Shown here: piece by piece, positions 1 to 10,295 of the stretch
Position numbering within the stretch: the stretch's first letter is position 1
Layout of the letters: each line of letters opens with the position of its first letter
DNA from: Escherichia coli
Lineage (GTDB): Bacteria; Pseudomonadota; Gammaproteobacteria; Enterobacterales; Enterobacteriaceae
Strand: one strand, 5' to 3'
Assembly: GCF_029227855.1 (NCBI RefSeq)
Contig: NZ_CP074356.1
DNA length: 64,000 nucleotides
Notes under the pieces: generated by a model
What the model saw: the letters and a program-made list of their open reading frames with translations, nothing else
Databases searched by the model: none
What the model was told of the DNA's origin: nothing
Position numbers and translations under genes: made by a program

Positions 1-1520
1 AATACGGGTATTACATTCGTTTTCTTATTTATTACCCACGGTGGAGCGACAAATAGCTCCGGCAACATATCCGCAGTGGCGTATTCACATTCTTCAGCGA
101 CTAACTGAGTACGACATTCAGATAAGATGCCTGCCGCTTTAGCATTAACCCAGGGAATGACGTCAGTGACTAAATCTGGCGTGGCGGTAATCAGTTTGAC
201 AAGCGCTTTACGCCACTGTGCATCTTCATGTATTGCCAGTAAAGTTGCATAAGCGGCAAGAGCCGCAGCGGGATGTTTTTGACAGGCTTTGCTTAAGTAT
301 TCCAGGTGCTTTTTCTTGCCAATTACACCGAGGATCAGAATTTGAATCGCATCCGGGTGATTCGTTTTCCATAGCCATTTGACAAGATCTTCAGTCTCGC
401 TGATGCGCTCGAAGAGATAAGTGGGATTGTCAGAATGCTCTTCCGTAAACTCAAGAAGTATCCGGCTTACACCGCGCACCCCATTATTTGCCAGCAACAT
501 TGCCAGATAAGCGCGAAAATCATGATACAACGGTGGGAAGTCGTATTTTTCTGCTGTAGTCAGAGCGGCGTCATCGGTTACCACCAGTCTTAACCAGGTC
601 ATCGCCGGAACGTTTTGATCTGCATAACGTAGCGCCATAGCATTGGCAATATCCGGGCGTTCAGGGAGCAGTAACGCCGCAAAAGGTTGCCGTGCTGGGG
701 ATAGCGAGGGAATAGCAGCGAGAACTTTATCTACACAGCGTTGCCACTCATCTTCTGAAGCGAGTGAAAGATGATGACATAGACGTTGATGCCAGTTCGG
801 TAGTGATTCTGCTTTGAGATCAGGGGGAATAATGGTGGTGACGTCGGCTTTTACTGGTTTATATTTGAGTTGAAGAGCGAGAAGGGCGATTTCAACGGTA
901 GTTTCCAGACCACAGCGAATGACTAAGTCATCGACCAGTTCATCTGTAGAGTAAGAGTTCCATAAATTCCAGAGCAATGCCGCATCAGATTGTATACTTC
1001 CTGTTTGTTGATTATTCAGAATTCGCCTTTGTAACTCGGCAAACGCCAGCTGCCAGTTTTCAGGATAAGAGCGGTAATTATTGTCGGGGTCATATGCCCT
1101 GGTGTTATTCGCGATGCGCTTCCATATTTGGCCATCTTTGTACAGATAATTGATCTCTCTGGGGCGAGAGCGATGAGGAAAAGCAAATCGATTAATATCG
1201 CCAGTTACCGGAATGACTGCATCATCAGCCACCCATGGGCGTTTGTTTTTACTCTCAGGGGAGGTTTCAACTTCAGGAGTGGCTTTGGTGATGGGGGGGA
1301 TATGCACGTTTGCTAAAGCATTTTCCACATAGCCTTTTTTCGTTTTCTCTGCGATCAGCTTAAGCTCCGCTTTTGCCGCTGCCGCAGCATCCGCAAAACT
1401 TTTTACCTGGTTTTGCCCTTTGGTGCCAACTTTTCCCCAACAGATATGCAACTCGTTTCCCTGTTGCTCCACCGCCCAGAATTTATGTGATTTTTCGTCC
1501 TGAAAGATAAAGTGCCTCAT
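1..1520 (-). CDS. molR: MolR-like protein, N-terminal part with WGR-type domain; gene runs off the window start
   Basis: Manual minus-strand translation from the ATG at 1518-1520 gives MRHFIFQDEKSHKFWAVEQQGNELHICWGKVGTKGQ (WGR-like); the same frame is still open at positions 3-59 (..ELFVAPPWVINKKTNVIPV). Not in the ORF track because no stop lies inside the window. Internal frame continuity was not checked codon by codon. Confidence 0.55.
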   Translation of the reverse strand, partial: MRHFIFQDEKSHKFWAVEQQGNELHICWGKVGTKGQNQVKSFADAAAAAKAELKLIAEKTKKGYVENALANVHIPPITKATPEVETSPESKNKRPWVADDAVIPVTGDINRFAFPHRSRPREINYLYKDGQIWKRIANNTRAYDPDNNYRSYPENWQLAFAELQRRILNNQQTGSIQSDAALLWNLWNSYSTDELVDDLVIRCGLETTVEIALLALQLKYKPVKADVTTIIPPDLKAESLPNWHQRLCHHLSLASEDEWQRCVDKVLAAIPSLSPARQPFAALLLPERPDIANAMALRYADQNVPAMTWLRLVVTDDAALTTAEKYDFPPLYHDFRAYLAMLLANNGVRGVSRILLEFTEEHSDNPTYLFERISETEDLVKWLWKTNHPDAIQILILGVIGKKKHLEYLSKACQKHPAAALAAYATLLAIHEDAQWRKALVKLITATPDLVTDVIPWVNAKAAGILSECRTQLVAEECEYATADMLPELFVAPPWVINKKTNVIPV

Positions 1521-1619
1521 TCTGCATCCCTGTAATTTTATCCAGTTGAATGCTGATGCTACCAGTATTTATGCGGGTTAGAGAGAGACAAAATCGCAAG
1601 AAAACAACTTTAGGAATTT

Positions 1620-2330
1620 ATAAATAAATATCCTCCGGCATAGCCGGAGGTTTTTCAAATGCGCCTATAAGGCTCTCTTACCAGCCGCGCCCTAACAGGC
1701 GCACACGATCTGACATTTGCATCCAACTTCGTTACTTACGGCCCGTAAACGGGCTGCCCGGATAGGGAATCGATAACTGCTCTCCCATTTTATCCTCTTC
1801 AAGCTGGTGCTTTATGTAATCCTGTATCTTCGCCGTGTTCTTACCCACCGTATCGACGTAATACCCTCTGCACCAGAACTCCCTGTTCCTGTATTTGAAT
1901 TTCAAATCACCAAACTGCTCGTAAAGCATCAGACTGCTTTTCCCTTTCAGATATCCCATAAAGCCTGATACGCTCATTTTGGGCGGGATCTCCACAAGCA
2001 TATGGATATGATCTGCACAGCATTCAGCTTCCAGAATCCGTACACTTTTCCACTCACACAGCTTTCTCAAAATACAGCCTATTGCTCTACGCTTCTCTCT
2101 GTAGAACACCTGTCTTCGGTATTTTGGCGCAAATACTATGTGATATTTACAGTTCCATCGGGTGTGCGCTAAGCTCTTTTCGTTCCCCATTGGGACCCCC
2201 TTTTGATTTCTTGTTTGACACTTGCAGTTGCCAGACCGCAAGGTGTTTTAACAAATCAAAAGGGGTTTTAATAACTGGCTCAAAGCTGAAAGCTTTCCGG
2301 AACCCCCAGCCTAGCTGGGGGTTTTCTGTG
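1620..2330 (-). mobile_element. IS200 insertion sequence (IS200/IS605 family), ends approximate
   Basis: Carries a 152-aa HuH Y1 transposase gene; perfect palindrome aacccccagcctagctgggggtt at 2301-2323 plus a downstream aaaacccctttt / aaaaggggg pairing upstream of tnpA match the IS200 left-end structures; hairpin cctccggcatagccggagg at 1632-1650 near the other end. Boundaries inferred from the expected ~0.7 kb element size, not from alignment. Confidence 0.7.
1732..2190 (-). CDS. tnpA: IS200 transposase TnpA (HuH single-strand DNA transposase)
   Basis: ORF 1732..2241; start placed at the internal Met (MGNEKSLAHTRWNCKYHIVFAPKYRR..), giving 152 aa; HuH motif HIHMLVEIPP and conserved Tyr-containing C-terminal region. 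Confidence 0.85.
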   Translation of the reverse strand: MGNEKSLAHTRWNCKYHIVFAPKYRRQVFYREKRRAIGCILRKLCEWKSVRILEAECCADHIHMLVEIPPKMSVSGFMGYLKGKSSLMLYEQFGDLKFKYRNREFWCRGYYVDTVGKNTAKIQDYIKHQLEEDKMGEQLSIPYPGSPFTGRK

Positions 2331-2360
2331 CACAAGAAAAGGCGCTGTCGATACAGCGCC
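2331..2360 (-). terminator. Probable rho-independent terminator of metG
   Basis: Stem ggcgctgt/acagcgcc (2341-2360) followed on the minus strand by a T-rich run (complement of cacaagaaaa at 2331-2340), just downstream of the metG stop. Confidence 0.5.
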
Positions 2361-2371
2361 TTGAAAGGAGA

Positions 2372-4405
2372 TTATTTCACCTGATGACCCGGTTTAGCAC
2401 CGGCATCCGGGCTTAGCAGGAAAATATCTTTCCCGCCAGGACCGGCAGCCATCACCATGCCTTCGGAGATACCGAAGCGCATTTTACGTGGTGCCAGGTT
2501 AGCCACCATAATGGTGTGACGACCAATCAGTGCCTGCGGATCCGGGTAAGCAGAACGAATGCCGGAGAAGACATTGCGTTTTTCACCGCCGAGATCCAGC
2601 GTCAGGCGCAGCAGTTTGTCGGAACCTTCAACAAACTCTGCGTTTTCAATCAACGCCACGCGCAGGTCAACTTTGGCGAAGTCGTCAAAGGTGATGGTTT
2701 CCTGAATCGGATCATCTGCCAGTGGGCCAGTTACTGGCGCGGCAGTGGCTTTCACTTCTTCTTTAGAGGCTTCCACCAGTGCTTCAACCTGCTTCATGTC
2801 GATGCGGTTATACAGCGCTTTGAACGGATTCACTTTATGGCCCAACAGCGGTTGCTGGATACCATCCCAGGTCAGTTCCGTATTAAGGAATGCTTCTGCA
2901 CGCTCGGTCAGTTTCGGCAGTACCGGCTTCAGGTAAGTCATCAGCACGCGGAACAGGTTTATGCCCATCGAGCAAATTGCCTGCAGGTCGGCATCGCGGC
3001 CTTCCTGTTTTGCGACTACCCACGGAGCCTGTTCATCGACATAACGGTTAGCAAGATCAGCCAGCGCCATGATTTCGCGGATCGCTTTACCAAATTCGCG
3101 GCTTTCCCACGCTTCACCAATCACTTCAGCGGCATCAGTGAAGGTTTTGTACAGTTGCGGGTCAGCCAGTTCGCTTGCCAGCACACCGTCAAAACGCTTG
3201 TTGATAAAGCCCGCGTTACGGGAGGCCAGGTTAACCACTTTATTCACGATATCGGCATTCACACGCTGAACGAAATCTTCCAGGTTGAGATCGATATCAT
3301 CAATGCGCGAAGAGAGTTTCGCAGTGTAGTAGTAACGCAGGCTGTCGGCGTCAAAATGATTCAGCCAGGTGCTGGCCTTAATAAAGGTACCGCGAGACTT
3401 AGACATCTTCGCGCCGTTCACCGTCACATAGCCATGAACAAACAGGTTAGTCGGCTTGCGGAAGTTGCTGCCTTCCAGCATTGCTGGCCAGAACAGGCTG
3501 TGGAAGTAAACAATATCTTTGCCGATGAAGTGATACAGCTCGGCGGTGGAATCTTTCTTCCAGTATTCATCGAAGCTGGTGGTGTCGCCGCGTTTGTCGC
3601 ACAGATTCTTGAAGGAACCCATGTAGCCAATCGGCGCATCCAGCCAGACGTAGAAATATTTGCCCGGTGCGTTCGGAATTTCAAAACCGAAGTATGGCGC
3701 ATCGCGGGAGATATCCCACTGTTGCAGGCCAGATTCAAACCACTCCTGCATTTTGTTTGCCACTTGCTCCTGCAACGCGCCGCTGCGGGTCCATGCCTGC
3801 AACATTTCGCTGAAAGAGGGCAGATCAAAGAAGAAGTGTTCAGAATCACGCATTACCGGCGTAGCACCAGAAACCACCGATTTAGGCTCGATCAGCTCAG
3901 TCGGGCTGTAGGTCGCGCCACAAACTTCACAGTTATCGCCGTATTGATCCGGGGATTTACATTTCGGGCAGGTGCCTTTTACAAAACGGTCCGGCAGGAA
4001 CATGCCTTTTTCCGGATCGTACAGCTGAGAGATAGTGCGGTTTTTAATAAAACCGTTCTCTTTCAGGCGAGAATAAATAAGTTCTGACAACTGGCGGTTC
4101 TCTTCGCTGTGCGTCGAGTGATAGTTGTCATAGCTGATGTTAAAGCCTGCGAAATCAGTCTGATGCTCCTGACTCATTTCGCCAATCATCTGCTCCGGGG
4201 TGATACCAAGCTGCTGAGCTTTCAGCATGATCGGTGTGCCGTGGGCATCGTCGGCGCAAATGAAGTTGACCTCGTGGCCGCGCATTCGCTGGTAACGGAC
4301 CCAGACATCAGCCTGGATGTGCTCCAGCATATGGCCGAGGTGGATTGAGCCGTTAGCGTACGGCAGTGCGCACGTCACCAGAATTTTCTTCGCGACTTGA
4401 GTCAT
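2372..4405 (-). CDS. metG: Methionine--tRNA ligase
   Basis: 680-aa ORF with class I HLGH (HIGH) and KMSKS motifs; start placed at [12 protein letters not shown] to give 677 aa. Confidence 0.95.
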   Translation of the reverse strand: MTQVAKKILVTCALPYANGSIHLGHMLEHIQADVWVRYQRMRGHEVNFICADDAHGTPIMLKAQQLGITPEQMIGEMSQEHQTDFAGFNISYDNYHSTHSEENRQLSELIYSRLKENGFIKNRTISQLYDPEKGMFLPDRFVKGTCPKCKSPDQYGDNCEVCGATYSPTELIEPKSVVSGATPVMRDSEHFFFDLPSFSEMLQAWTRSGALQEQVANKMQEWFESGLQQWDISRDAPYFGFEIPNAPGKYFYVWLDAPIGYMGSFKNLCDKRGDTTSFDEYWKKDSTAELYHFIGKDIVYFHSLFWPAMLEGSNFRKPTNLFVHGYVTVNGAKMSKSRGTFIKASTWLNHFDADSLRYYYTAKLSSRIDDIDLNLEDFVQRVNADIVNKVVNLASRNAGFINKRFDGVLASELADPQLYKTFTDAAEVIGEAWESREFGKAIREIMALADLANRYVDEQAPWVVAKQEGRDADLQAICSMGINLFRVLMTYLKPVLPKLTERAEAFLNTELTWDGIQQPLLGHKVNPFKALYNRIDMKQVEALVEASKEEVKATAAPVTGPLADDPIQETITFDDFAKVDLRVALIENAEFVEGSDKLLRLTLDLGGEKRNVFSGIRSAYPDPQALIGRHTIMVANLAPRKMRFGISEGMVMAAGPGGKDIFLLSPDAGAKPGHQVK

Positions 4406-4536
4406 AGTAGGCATTACTTCTTAATAGTGAAAAGGGGTTAGATAGTACCAAATGGGAAAATGTTAAGTAAGTACTTCTCTATATTCTTCAGGTAAACTAT
4501 CAGCTGATGGTTTATCTATACAAAAAAGGAGTCGGG

Positions 4537-5646
4537 ATGAACGAACAATCCCAGGCCAAATCACCAGAAGCCTTGCGCGCAATGGTCGCCGGGACACTGG
4601 CCAATTTTCAGCACCCAACCCTGAAGCATAACCTCACCACGCTGAAAGCGTTGCACCATGTCGCCTGGATGGACGACACGTTGCATGTGGAACTGGTTAT
4701 GCCATTCGTCTGGCATAGCGCGTTCGAAGAGTTAAAAGAGCAATGTAGCGCCGAACTGCTGCGCATCACCGGGGCGAAAGCTATCGACTGGAAACTGTCG
4801 CACAATATCGCCACCTTAAAACGCGTGAAGAATCAGCCGGGAATTAACGGCGTGAAGAACATCATTGCGGTCAGCTCCGGTAAAGGCGGCGTGGGTAAAT
4901 CTTCCACGGCGGTAAACCTGGCGTTGGCACTCGCGGCGGAAGGGGCGAAAGTCGGCATTCTGGACGCCGATATCTACGGCCCATCAATCCCCACCATGCT
5001 GGGCGCAGAAAATCAGCGTCCAACTTCGCCGGACGGTACCCATATGGCACCGATTATGTCTCATGGACTGGCAACCAATTCAATTGGTTATCTGGTCACT
5101 GACGACAATGCGATGGTGTGGCGTGGTCCGATGGCGAGCAAGGCGTTAATGCAGATGTTGCAGGAAACCTTGTGGCCGGATCTCGACTATCTGGTGCTTG
5201 ATATGCCGCCAGGCACCGGTGACATTCAATTGACACTGGCACAAAACATTCCAGTAACTGGCGCGGTAGTGGTCACCACCCCGCAGGACATTGCGTTGAT
5301 CGATGCGAAAAAAGGCATTGTGATGTTCGAGAAAGTCGAGGTTCCGGTGCTCGGTATTGTCGAGAACATGAGTGTGCATATTTGCAGTAACTGTGGTCAC
5401 CATGAACCGATTTTCGGTACCGGTGGTGCTGAGAAACTGGCTGAAAAATACCACACACAGCTGCTGGGGCAGATGCCGTTACACATCTCCTTACGTGAGG
5501 ATCTCGATAAAGGCACGCCAACGGTTATCAGCCGTCCGGAGAGCGAATTTACCGCTATCTACCGCCAGCTGGCTGACCGCGTTGCAGCTCAGCTCTACTG
5601 GCAGGGTGAAGTCATTCCAGGCGAGATTTCCTTCCGCGCGGTCTAA
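4537..5646 (+). CDS. apbC: Fe-S cluster carrier ATPase Mrp/ApbC
   Basis: ORF 4507..5646; start placed at MNEQSQAK (369 aa); Walker A GKGGVGKSST and ParA/MinD-like fold motifs. Confidence 0.9.
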   Translation: MNEQSQAKSPEALRAMVAGTLANFQHPTLKHNLTTLKALHHVAWMDDTLHVELVMPFVWHSAFEELKEQCSAELLRITGAKAIDWKLSHNIATLKRVKNQPGINGVKNIIAVSSGKGGVGKSSTAVNLALALAAEGAKVGILDADIYGPSIPTMLGAENQRPTSPDGTHMAPIMSHGLATNSIGYLVTDDNAMVWRGPMASKALMQMLQETLWPDLDYLVLDMPPGTGDIQLTLAQNIPVTGAVVVTTPQDIALIDAKKGIVMFEKVEVPVLGIVENMSVHICSNCGHHEPIFGTGGAEKLAEKYHTQLLGQMPLHISLREDLDKGTPTVISRPESEFTAIYRQLADRVAAQLYWQGEVIPGEISFRAV

Positions 5647-5675
5647 CGCCTATTAACCATTCTGGTTATTCTTCA

Positions 5676-5717
5676 TACACCGCAGAGATGTTACATTGAT
5701 GCGGTGTATTTGTTTTT
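5676..5717 (+). terminator. Rho-independent terminator after apbC
   Basis: Inverted repeat tacaccgca (5676-5684) / tgcggtgta (5700-5708) followed by tttgttttt. Confidence 0.5.
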
Positions 5718-5908
5718 GCCGCATTAATGAACACTTATTTAATACTGCGAATATTCTGCGGACCTTCGTCCGAAACTCTACAAAGTCGATTGATCGTACA
5801 GGCAATGCTTCATTATCATCCTTCGTGGCTGTGTAGTGGATGTACAGCTATAGTTTGTTATGCACTCATTCTATCCAGGCATAACCTTTACTACAGGGAT
5901 AACGTTCA

Positions 5909-6190
5909 ATGAATAAGTATTGGCTGTCAGGAATTATTTTTCTTGCCTATGGATTGGCTTCTCCCGCATTCTCTTCAGAGACTGCCACATTAGCGATTAA
6001 TGGCAGGATCAGTCCCCCAACATGCAGTATGGCTATGGTTAATGGTCAACCTCAACAGCATTGTGGTCAGTTAACGTATGATGTTGATACCCGTCATCAG
6101 GTTTCTTCGCCAGTCAAAGGTGTAACGACAGAAGTGGTTGTTGCAGGTAGCGATAGCAAACGTCGAATCGTGTTAAATCGCTACGATTAA
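5909..6190 (+). CDS. yehE: Small secreted protein YehE (DUF2574-like)
   Basis: 93-aa ORF with N-terminal signal peptide (..AYGLASPAFSSE), located upstream of the yeh fimbrial operon. Confidence 0.6.
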   Translation: MNKYWLSGIIFLAYGLASPAFSSETATLAINGRISPPTCSMAMVNGQPQQHCGQLTYDVDTRHQVSSPVKGVTTEVVVAGSDSKRRIVLNRYD

Positions 6191-6486
6191 TTTGCCACCC
6201 TGGTTTTTTAATCGAATTTAGAAAGCTGAAATCATCCGTGTGAATGATTTCAGCTTTTTTATTGATATCAATAATACCATTTACAAAAATCTGCATTAAT
6301 TAATAGATGTGATAAATATTTAATATGCTTAAGTATTTGTTGTATTTATATTGCAATAGTTAATTTGTTTTAAATCAATAAAACAATATGTTTACATTGC
6401 TGCAACTTTTTTTTGATGTGAGAAATTTGTTTCCAAGAGATACAGACTCTTAACAACCAAAAATAAATTTTATTAAGGAACATATT

Positions 6487-7029
6487 ATGAAACGTTCAAT
6501 TATTGCTGCCGCTGTCTTTTCTTCTTTTTTTATGAGCGCTGGGGTATTTGCCGCAGACGTTGATACCGGAACATTAACCATTAAAGGGAATATTGCAGAA
6601 TCTCCGTGTAAATTCGAAGCGGGTGGCGATTCAGTAAGTATTAATATGCCAACTGTACCAACCACTGTCTTTGAAGGTAAAGCTAAATACTCGACCTATG
6701 ATGATGCAGTCGGTGTAACCAGCAGCATGTTAAAAATTAGCTGTCCGAAAGAAGTTGCTGGTGTAAAACTCTCGTTGATTACCAACGATAAAATAACCGG
6801 AAACGATAAGGCGATAGCCAGTAGCAACGATACCGTGGGGTACTATCTCTATTTAGGTGATAACAGCGATGTCCTGGATGTTTCTGCACCTTTTAACATT
6901 GAGAGTTATAAAACAGCGGAAGGTCAATATGCTATTCCGTTTAAAGCAAAATACCTGAAGCTGACAGATAATTCAGTGCAATCAGGTGATGTGTTATCTT
7001 CTCTGGTTATGCGTGTGGCGCAGGATTAA
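6487..7029 (+). CDS. yehD: Fimbrial major subunit (chaperone-usher pathway)
   Basis: 180-aa ORF, signal peptide (..SAGVFAADV), conserved Cys pair and size typical of type 1-like pilins; first gene of a subunit-chaperone-usher-adhesin array. Confidence 0.8.
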   Translation: MKRSIIAAAVFSSFFMSAGVFAADVDTGTLTIKGNIAESPCKFEAGGDSVSINMPTVPTTVFEGKAKYSTYDDAVGVTSSMLKISCPKEVAGVKLSLITNDKITGNDKAIASSNDTVGYYLYLGDNSDVLDVSAPFNIESYKTAEGQYAIPFKAKYLKLTDNSVQSGDVLSSLVMRVAQD

Positions 7030-7109
7030 TAAATAAAATTTCAAGTTTCTCCAGGTAATAAACATGGCCGCTATCCCCATGGCGGCCTTTTAATTTAAGA
7101 GGCATTAAG

Positions 7110-7784
7110 ATGAAAGGATTATTTGCTTTACTCATTTCTTCTATGGTCCTTCCTGCACATGCCGGTATTGTTATCTACGGGACGCGTATTATTTACCCGG
7201 CAGAAAATAAAGAAGTGATGGTGCAGTTGATGAATCAGGGAAACCGTTCTTCGCTGCTGCAGGCGTGGATTGATGATGGTGATACGTCGTTACCACCAGA
7301 AAAAATTCAGGTTCCTTTCATGTTAACGCCACCAGTGGAAAAAATAGGGGCAAATTCCGGGCAGCAAGTAAAAATCAAAATTATGCCGAATAAACTGCCC
7401 ACTAATAAAGAGAGCATTTTTTATCTAAATGTTCTGGATATTCCACCAAATAGTCCAGAGCAAGAGGGCAAGAATGCACTGAAATTTGCAATGCAAAACA
7501 GAATCAAATTGTTTTACCGGCCTGCGGGTATTGCACCGGTAAATAAAGCGACATTTAAAAAGTTACTGGTAAATCGCAGTGGCAATGGATTGGTGATAAA
7601 AAATGACTCAGCAAATTGGGTAACGATTTCGGATGTCAAAGCTAATAATGTCAAAGTCAATTATGAAACTATTATGCTTGCCCCCTTAGAAAGTCAGAGT
7701 ATTAATGTCAAAAGTAATAATGCGAATAACTGGTATCTGACCATTATCGATGACCATGGCAACTATATTAGTGACAAAATTTAA
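7110..7784 (+). CDS. yehC: Periplasmic fimbrial chaperone (PapD-like)
   Basis: 224-aa ORF with signal peptide and PapD-like sequence pattern (..GTRIIYPAENKEVMVQLMNQG..). Confidence 0.85.
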   Translation: MKGLFALLISSMVLPAHAGIVIYGTRIIYPAENKEVMVQLMNQGNRSSLLQAWIDDGDTSLPPEKIQVPFMLTPPVEKIGANSGQQVKIKIMPNKLPTNKESIFYLNVLDIPPNSPEQEGKNALKFAMQNRIKLFYRPAGIAPVNKATFKKLLVNRSGNGLVIKNDSANWVTISDVKANNVKVNYETIMLAPLESQSINVKSNNANNWYLTIIDDHGNYISDKI

Positions 7785-7799
7785 TTGCAGGAGCTGCCT

Positions 7800-10280
7800 A
7801 TGTTGAGAATGACCCCACTTGCATCAGCAATCGTAGCGTTATTGCTCGGCATTGAAGCTTATGCAGCTGAAGAAACCTTTGATACCCATTTTATGATAGG
7901 TGGAATGAAAGACCAGCAGGTTGCAAATATTCGTCTTGATGATAATCAACCCTTGCCGGGGCAGTATGACATCGATATTTATGTCAATAAGCAATGGCGC
8001 GGGAAATATGAGATTATTGTTAAAGACAACCCGCAAGAAACATGTATATCAAGGGAAATTATCAAGCGGTTAGGCATTAATACCGATAACTTTGCCAGCG
8101 GTAAGCAATGTTTAACATTTGAGCAACTTGTTCAGGGTGGGAGCTATACCTGGGATATCGGGGTTTTTCGTCTCGATTTCAGTGTACCGCAGGCGTGGGT
8201 GGAAGAACTGGAAAGTGGCTATCTTCCACCGGAAAACTGGGAGCGGGGTATTAATGCGTTTTATACCTCTTATTATGTGAGTCAGTATTACAGCGACTAT
8301 AAAGCGTCGGGTAATAGCAAGAGTACATATGTACGTTTTAACAGCGGGTTAAACTTACTGGGGTGGCAACTGCATTCTGATGCCAGTTTCAGTAAAACAA
8401 ATAACAATCCAGGGGTGTGGAAAAGCAATACCCTGTATCTGGAACGTGGATTTGCCCAACTTCTCGGCACGCTTCGCGTGGGTGATATGTACACATCAAG
8501 CGATATTTTTGATTCTGTTCGCTTCAGCGGTGTGCGGTTGTTTCGTGATATGCAGATGTTGCCTAACTCGAAACAGAATTTTACTCCACGGGTGCAGGGG
8601 ATTGCTCAGAGTAACGCGCTGGTAACTATTGAACAGAACGGTTTTGTGGTTTATCAGAAAGAGGTTCCTCCTGGCCCGTTTGCGATTACAGATTTGCAGT
8701 TGGCCGGTGGTGGAGCAGATCTTGATGTCAGCGTGAAAGAGGCGGACGGTTCGGTAACCACCTATCTGGTGCCTTATGCAGCGGTGCCGAATATGCTGCA
8801 ACCTGGCGTGTCGAAATATGATTTTGCGGCGGGTCGTAGCCATATTGAAGGGGCGAGCAAACAAAGTGATTTTGTCCAGGCGGGTTATCAGTATGGTTTT
8901 AATAACTTATTGACGCTGTATGGCGGATCGATGGTCGCGAATAATTATTACGCGTTCACTTTGGGGACTAGCTGGAATACACGCATTGGTGCCATTTCCG
9001 TCGATGCCACGAAGTCGCATAGTAAACAAGACAACGGCGATGTGTTTGACGGGCAAAGTTATCAAATTGCCTACAACAAATTTGTGAGCCAAACGTCGAC
9101 GCGTTTTGGTCTGGCGGCCTGGCGTTATTCGTCGCGTGATTACCGGACATTTAACGATCACGTTTGGGCAAACAATAAAGATAATTATCGCCGTGATGAA
9201 AACGATATCTATGACATTGCCGATTATTACCAGAACGATTTTGGCCGTAAAAATAGCTTTTCTGCCAATATGAGCCAGTCATTGCCAGAAGGCTGGGGTT
9301 CTGTGTCCTTAAGTACGTTATGGCGAGATTACTGGGGGCGTAGCGGCAGCAGTAAGGATTATCAGTTGAGTTATTCCAACAACCTGCGACGGATAAGCTA
9401 TACCCTCGCGGCAAGCCAGGCTTATGACGAGAATCATCATGAAGAGAAACGTTTTAATATTTTTATATCGATTTCCTTTGATTGGGGTGATGACGTTACG
9501 ACGCCTCGTCGGCAAATATATATGTCTAACTCAACGACGTTTGATGATCAGGGTTTTGCCTCAAATAATACGGGATTATCGGGAACCGTTGGAAACCGGG
9601 ATCAATTTAACTATGGGGTCAACCTGAGTCATCAGCATCAGGGAAATGAAACAACAGCTGGAGCGAATTTAACCTGGAACGCGCCGGTGGCAACGGTGAA
9701 TGGCAGTTATAGTCAGTCGAGTACTTATCGACAGGCTGGAGCCAGTGTTTCAGGGGGCATTGTCGCCTGGTCGGGTGGCGTTAATCTGGCGAACCGTCTT
9801 TCCGAAACGTTTGCAGTGATGAATGCGCCAGGAATTAAAGATGCTTATGTCAATGGGCAAAAATATCGCACAACAAACCGTAATGGAGTGGTGGTATACG
9901 ACGGAATGACACCTTATCGGGAAAATCACCTGATGCTGGATGTGTCGCAAAGCGATAGCGAAGCAGAATTGCGCGGTAACCGGAAAATTGCCGCACCTTA
10001 TCGCGGCGCGGTTGTACTGGTTAATTTTGATACCGATCAGCGCAAGCCCTGGTTTATAAAAGCGTTAAGAACGGATGGGCAACCATTAACGTTTGGTTAT
10101 GAAGTCAATGATATCCATGGTCATAATATTGGCGTTGTCGGCCAGGGAAGCCAGTTATTTATTCGCACCAATGAAGTTCCGCCATCGGTTAATGTAGCAA
10201 TTGATAAGCAACAAGGACTTTCATGCACAATCACCTTCGGTAAAGAGATTGATGAAAGTAGAAATTATATTTGCCAGTAA
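7800..10280 (+). CDS. yehB: Outer-membrane fimbrial usher
   Basis: ORF 7785..10280; start placed at MLRMTPLASAIVA (826 aa); size and signal peptide typical of FimD/PapC ushers. Confidence 0.85.
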   Translation: MLRMTPLASAIVALLLGIEAYAAEETFDTHFMIGGMKDQQVANIRLDDNQPLPGQYDIDIYVNKQWRGKYEIIVKDNPQETCISREIIKRLGINTDNFASGKQCLTFEQLVQGGSYTWDIGVFRLDFSVPQAWVEELESGYLPPENWERGINAFYTSYYVSQYYSDYKASGNSKSTYVRFNSGLNLLGWQLHSDASFSKTNNNPGVWKSNTLYLERGFAQLLGTLRVGDMYTSSDIFDSVRFSGVRLFRDMQMLPNSKQNFTPRVQGIAQSNALVTIEQNGFVVYQKEVPPGPFAITDLQLAGGGADLDVSVKEADGSVTTYLVPYAAVPNMLQPGVSKYDFAAGRSHIEGASKQSDFVQAGYQYGFNNLLTLYGGSMVANNYYAFTLGTSWNTRIGAISVDATKSHSKQDNGDVFDGQSYQIAYNKFVSQTSTRFGLAAWRYSSRDYRTFNDHVWANNKDNYRRDENDIYDIADYYQNDFGRKNSFSANMSQSLPEGWGSVSLSTLWRDYWGRSGSSKDYQLSYSNNLRRISYTLAASQAYDENHHEEKRFNIFISISFDWGDDVTTPRRQIYMSNSTTFDDQGFASNNTGLSGTVGNRDQFNYGVNLSHQHQGNETTAGANLTWNAPVATVNGSYSQSSTYRQAGASVSGGIVAWSGGVNLANRLSETFAVMNAPGIKDAYVNGQKYRTTNRNGVVVYDGMTPYRENHLMLDVSQSDSEAELRGNRKIAAPYRGAVVLVNFDTDQRKPWFIKALRTDGQPLTFGYEVNDIHGHNIGVVGQGSQLFIRTNEVPPSVNVAIDKQQGLSCTITFGKEIDESRNYICQ

Positions 10281-10295
10281 TAGTCAGGTGGTTCT

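Noticed and set aside
1128-1316. 62-aa plus-strand ORF
   Set aside because: Falls inside the molR coding region on the opposite strand; no start context.
2082-2384. 100-aa and 62-aa ORFs overlapping the IS200 left end and metG terminator
   Set aside because: They span the IS200 structured left end and tnpA start region; the sequence is accounted for by known IS200 RNA structures rather than coding.
2516-4087. 523-aa ORF on the plus strand, antisense to metG
   Set aside because: Lies entirely inside the well-supported metG coding region on the opposite strand; no family motifs; typical long antisense frame in a GC-balanced gene.
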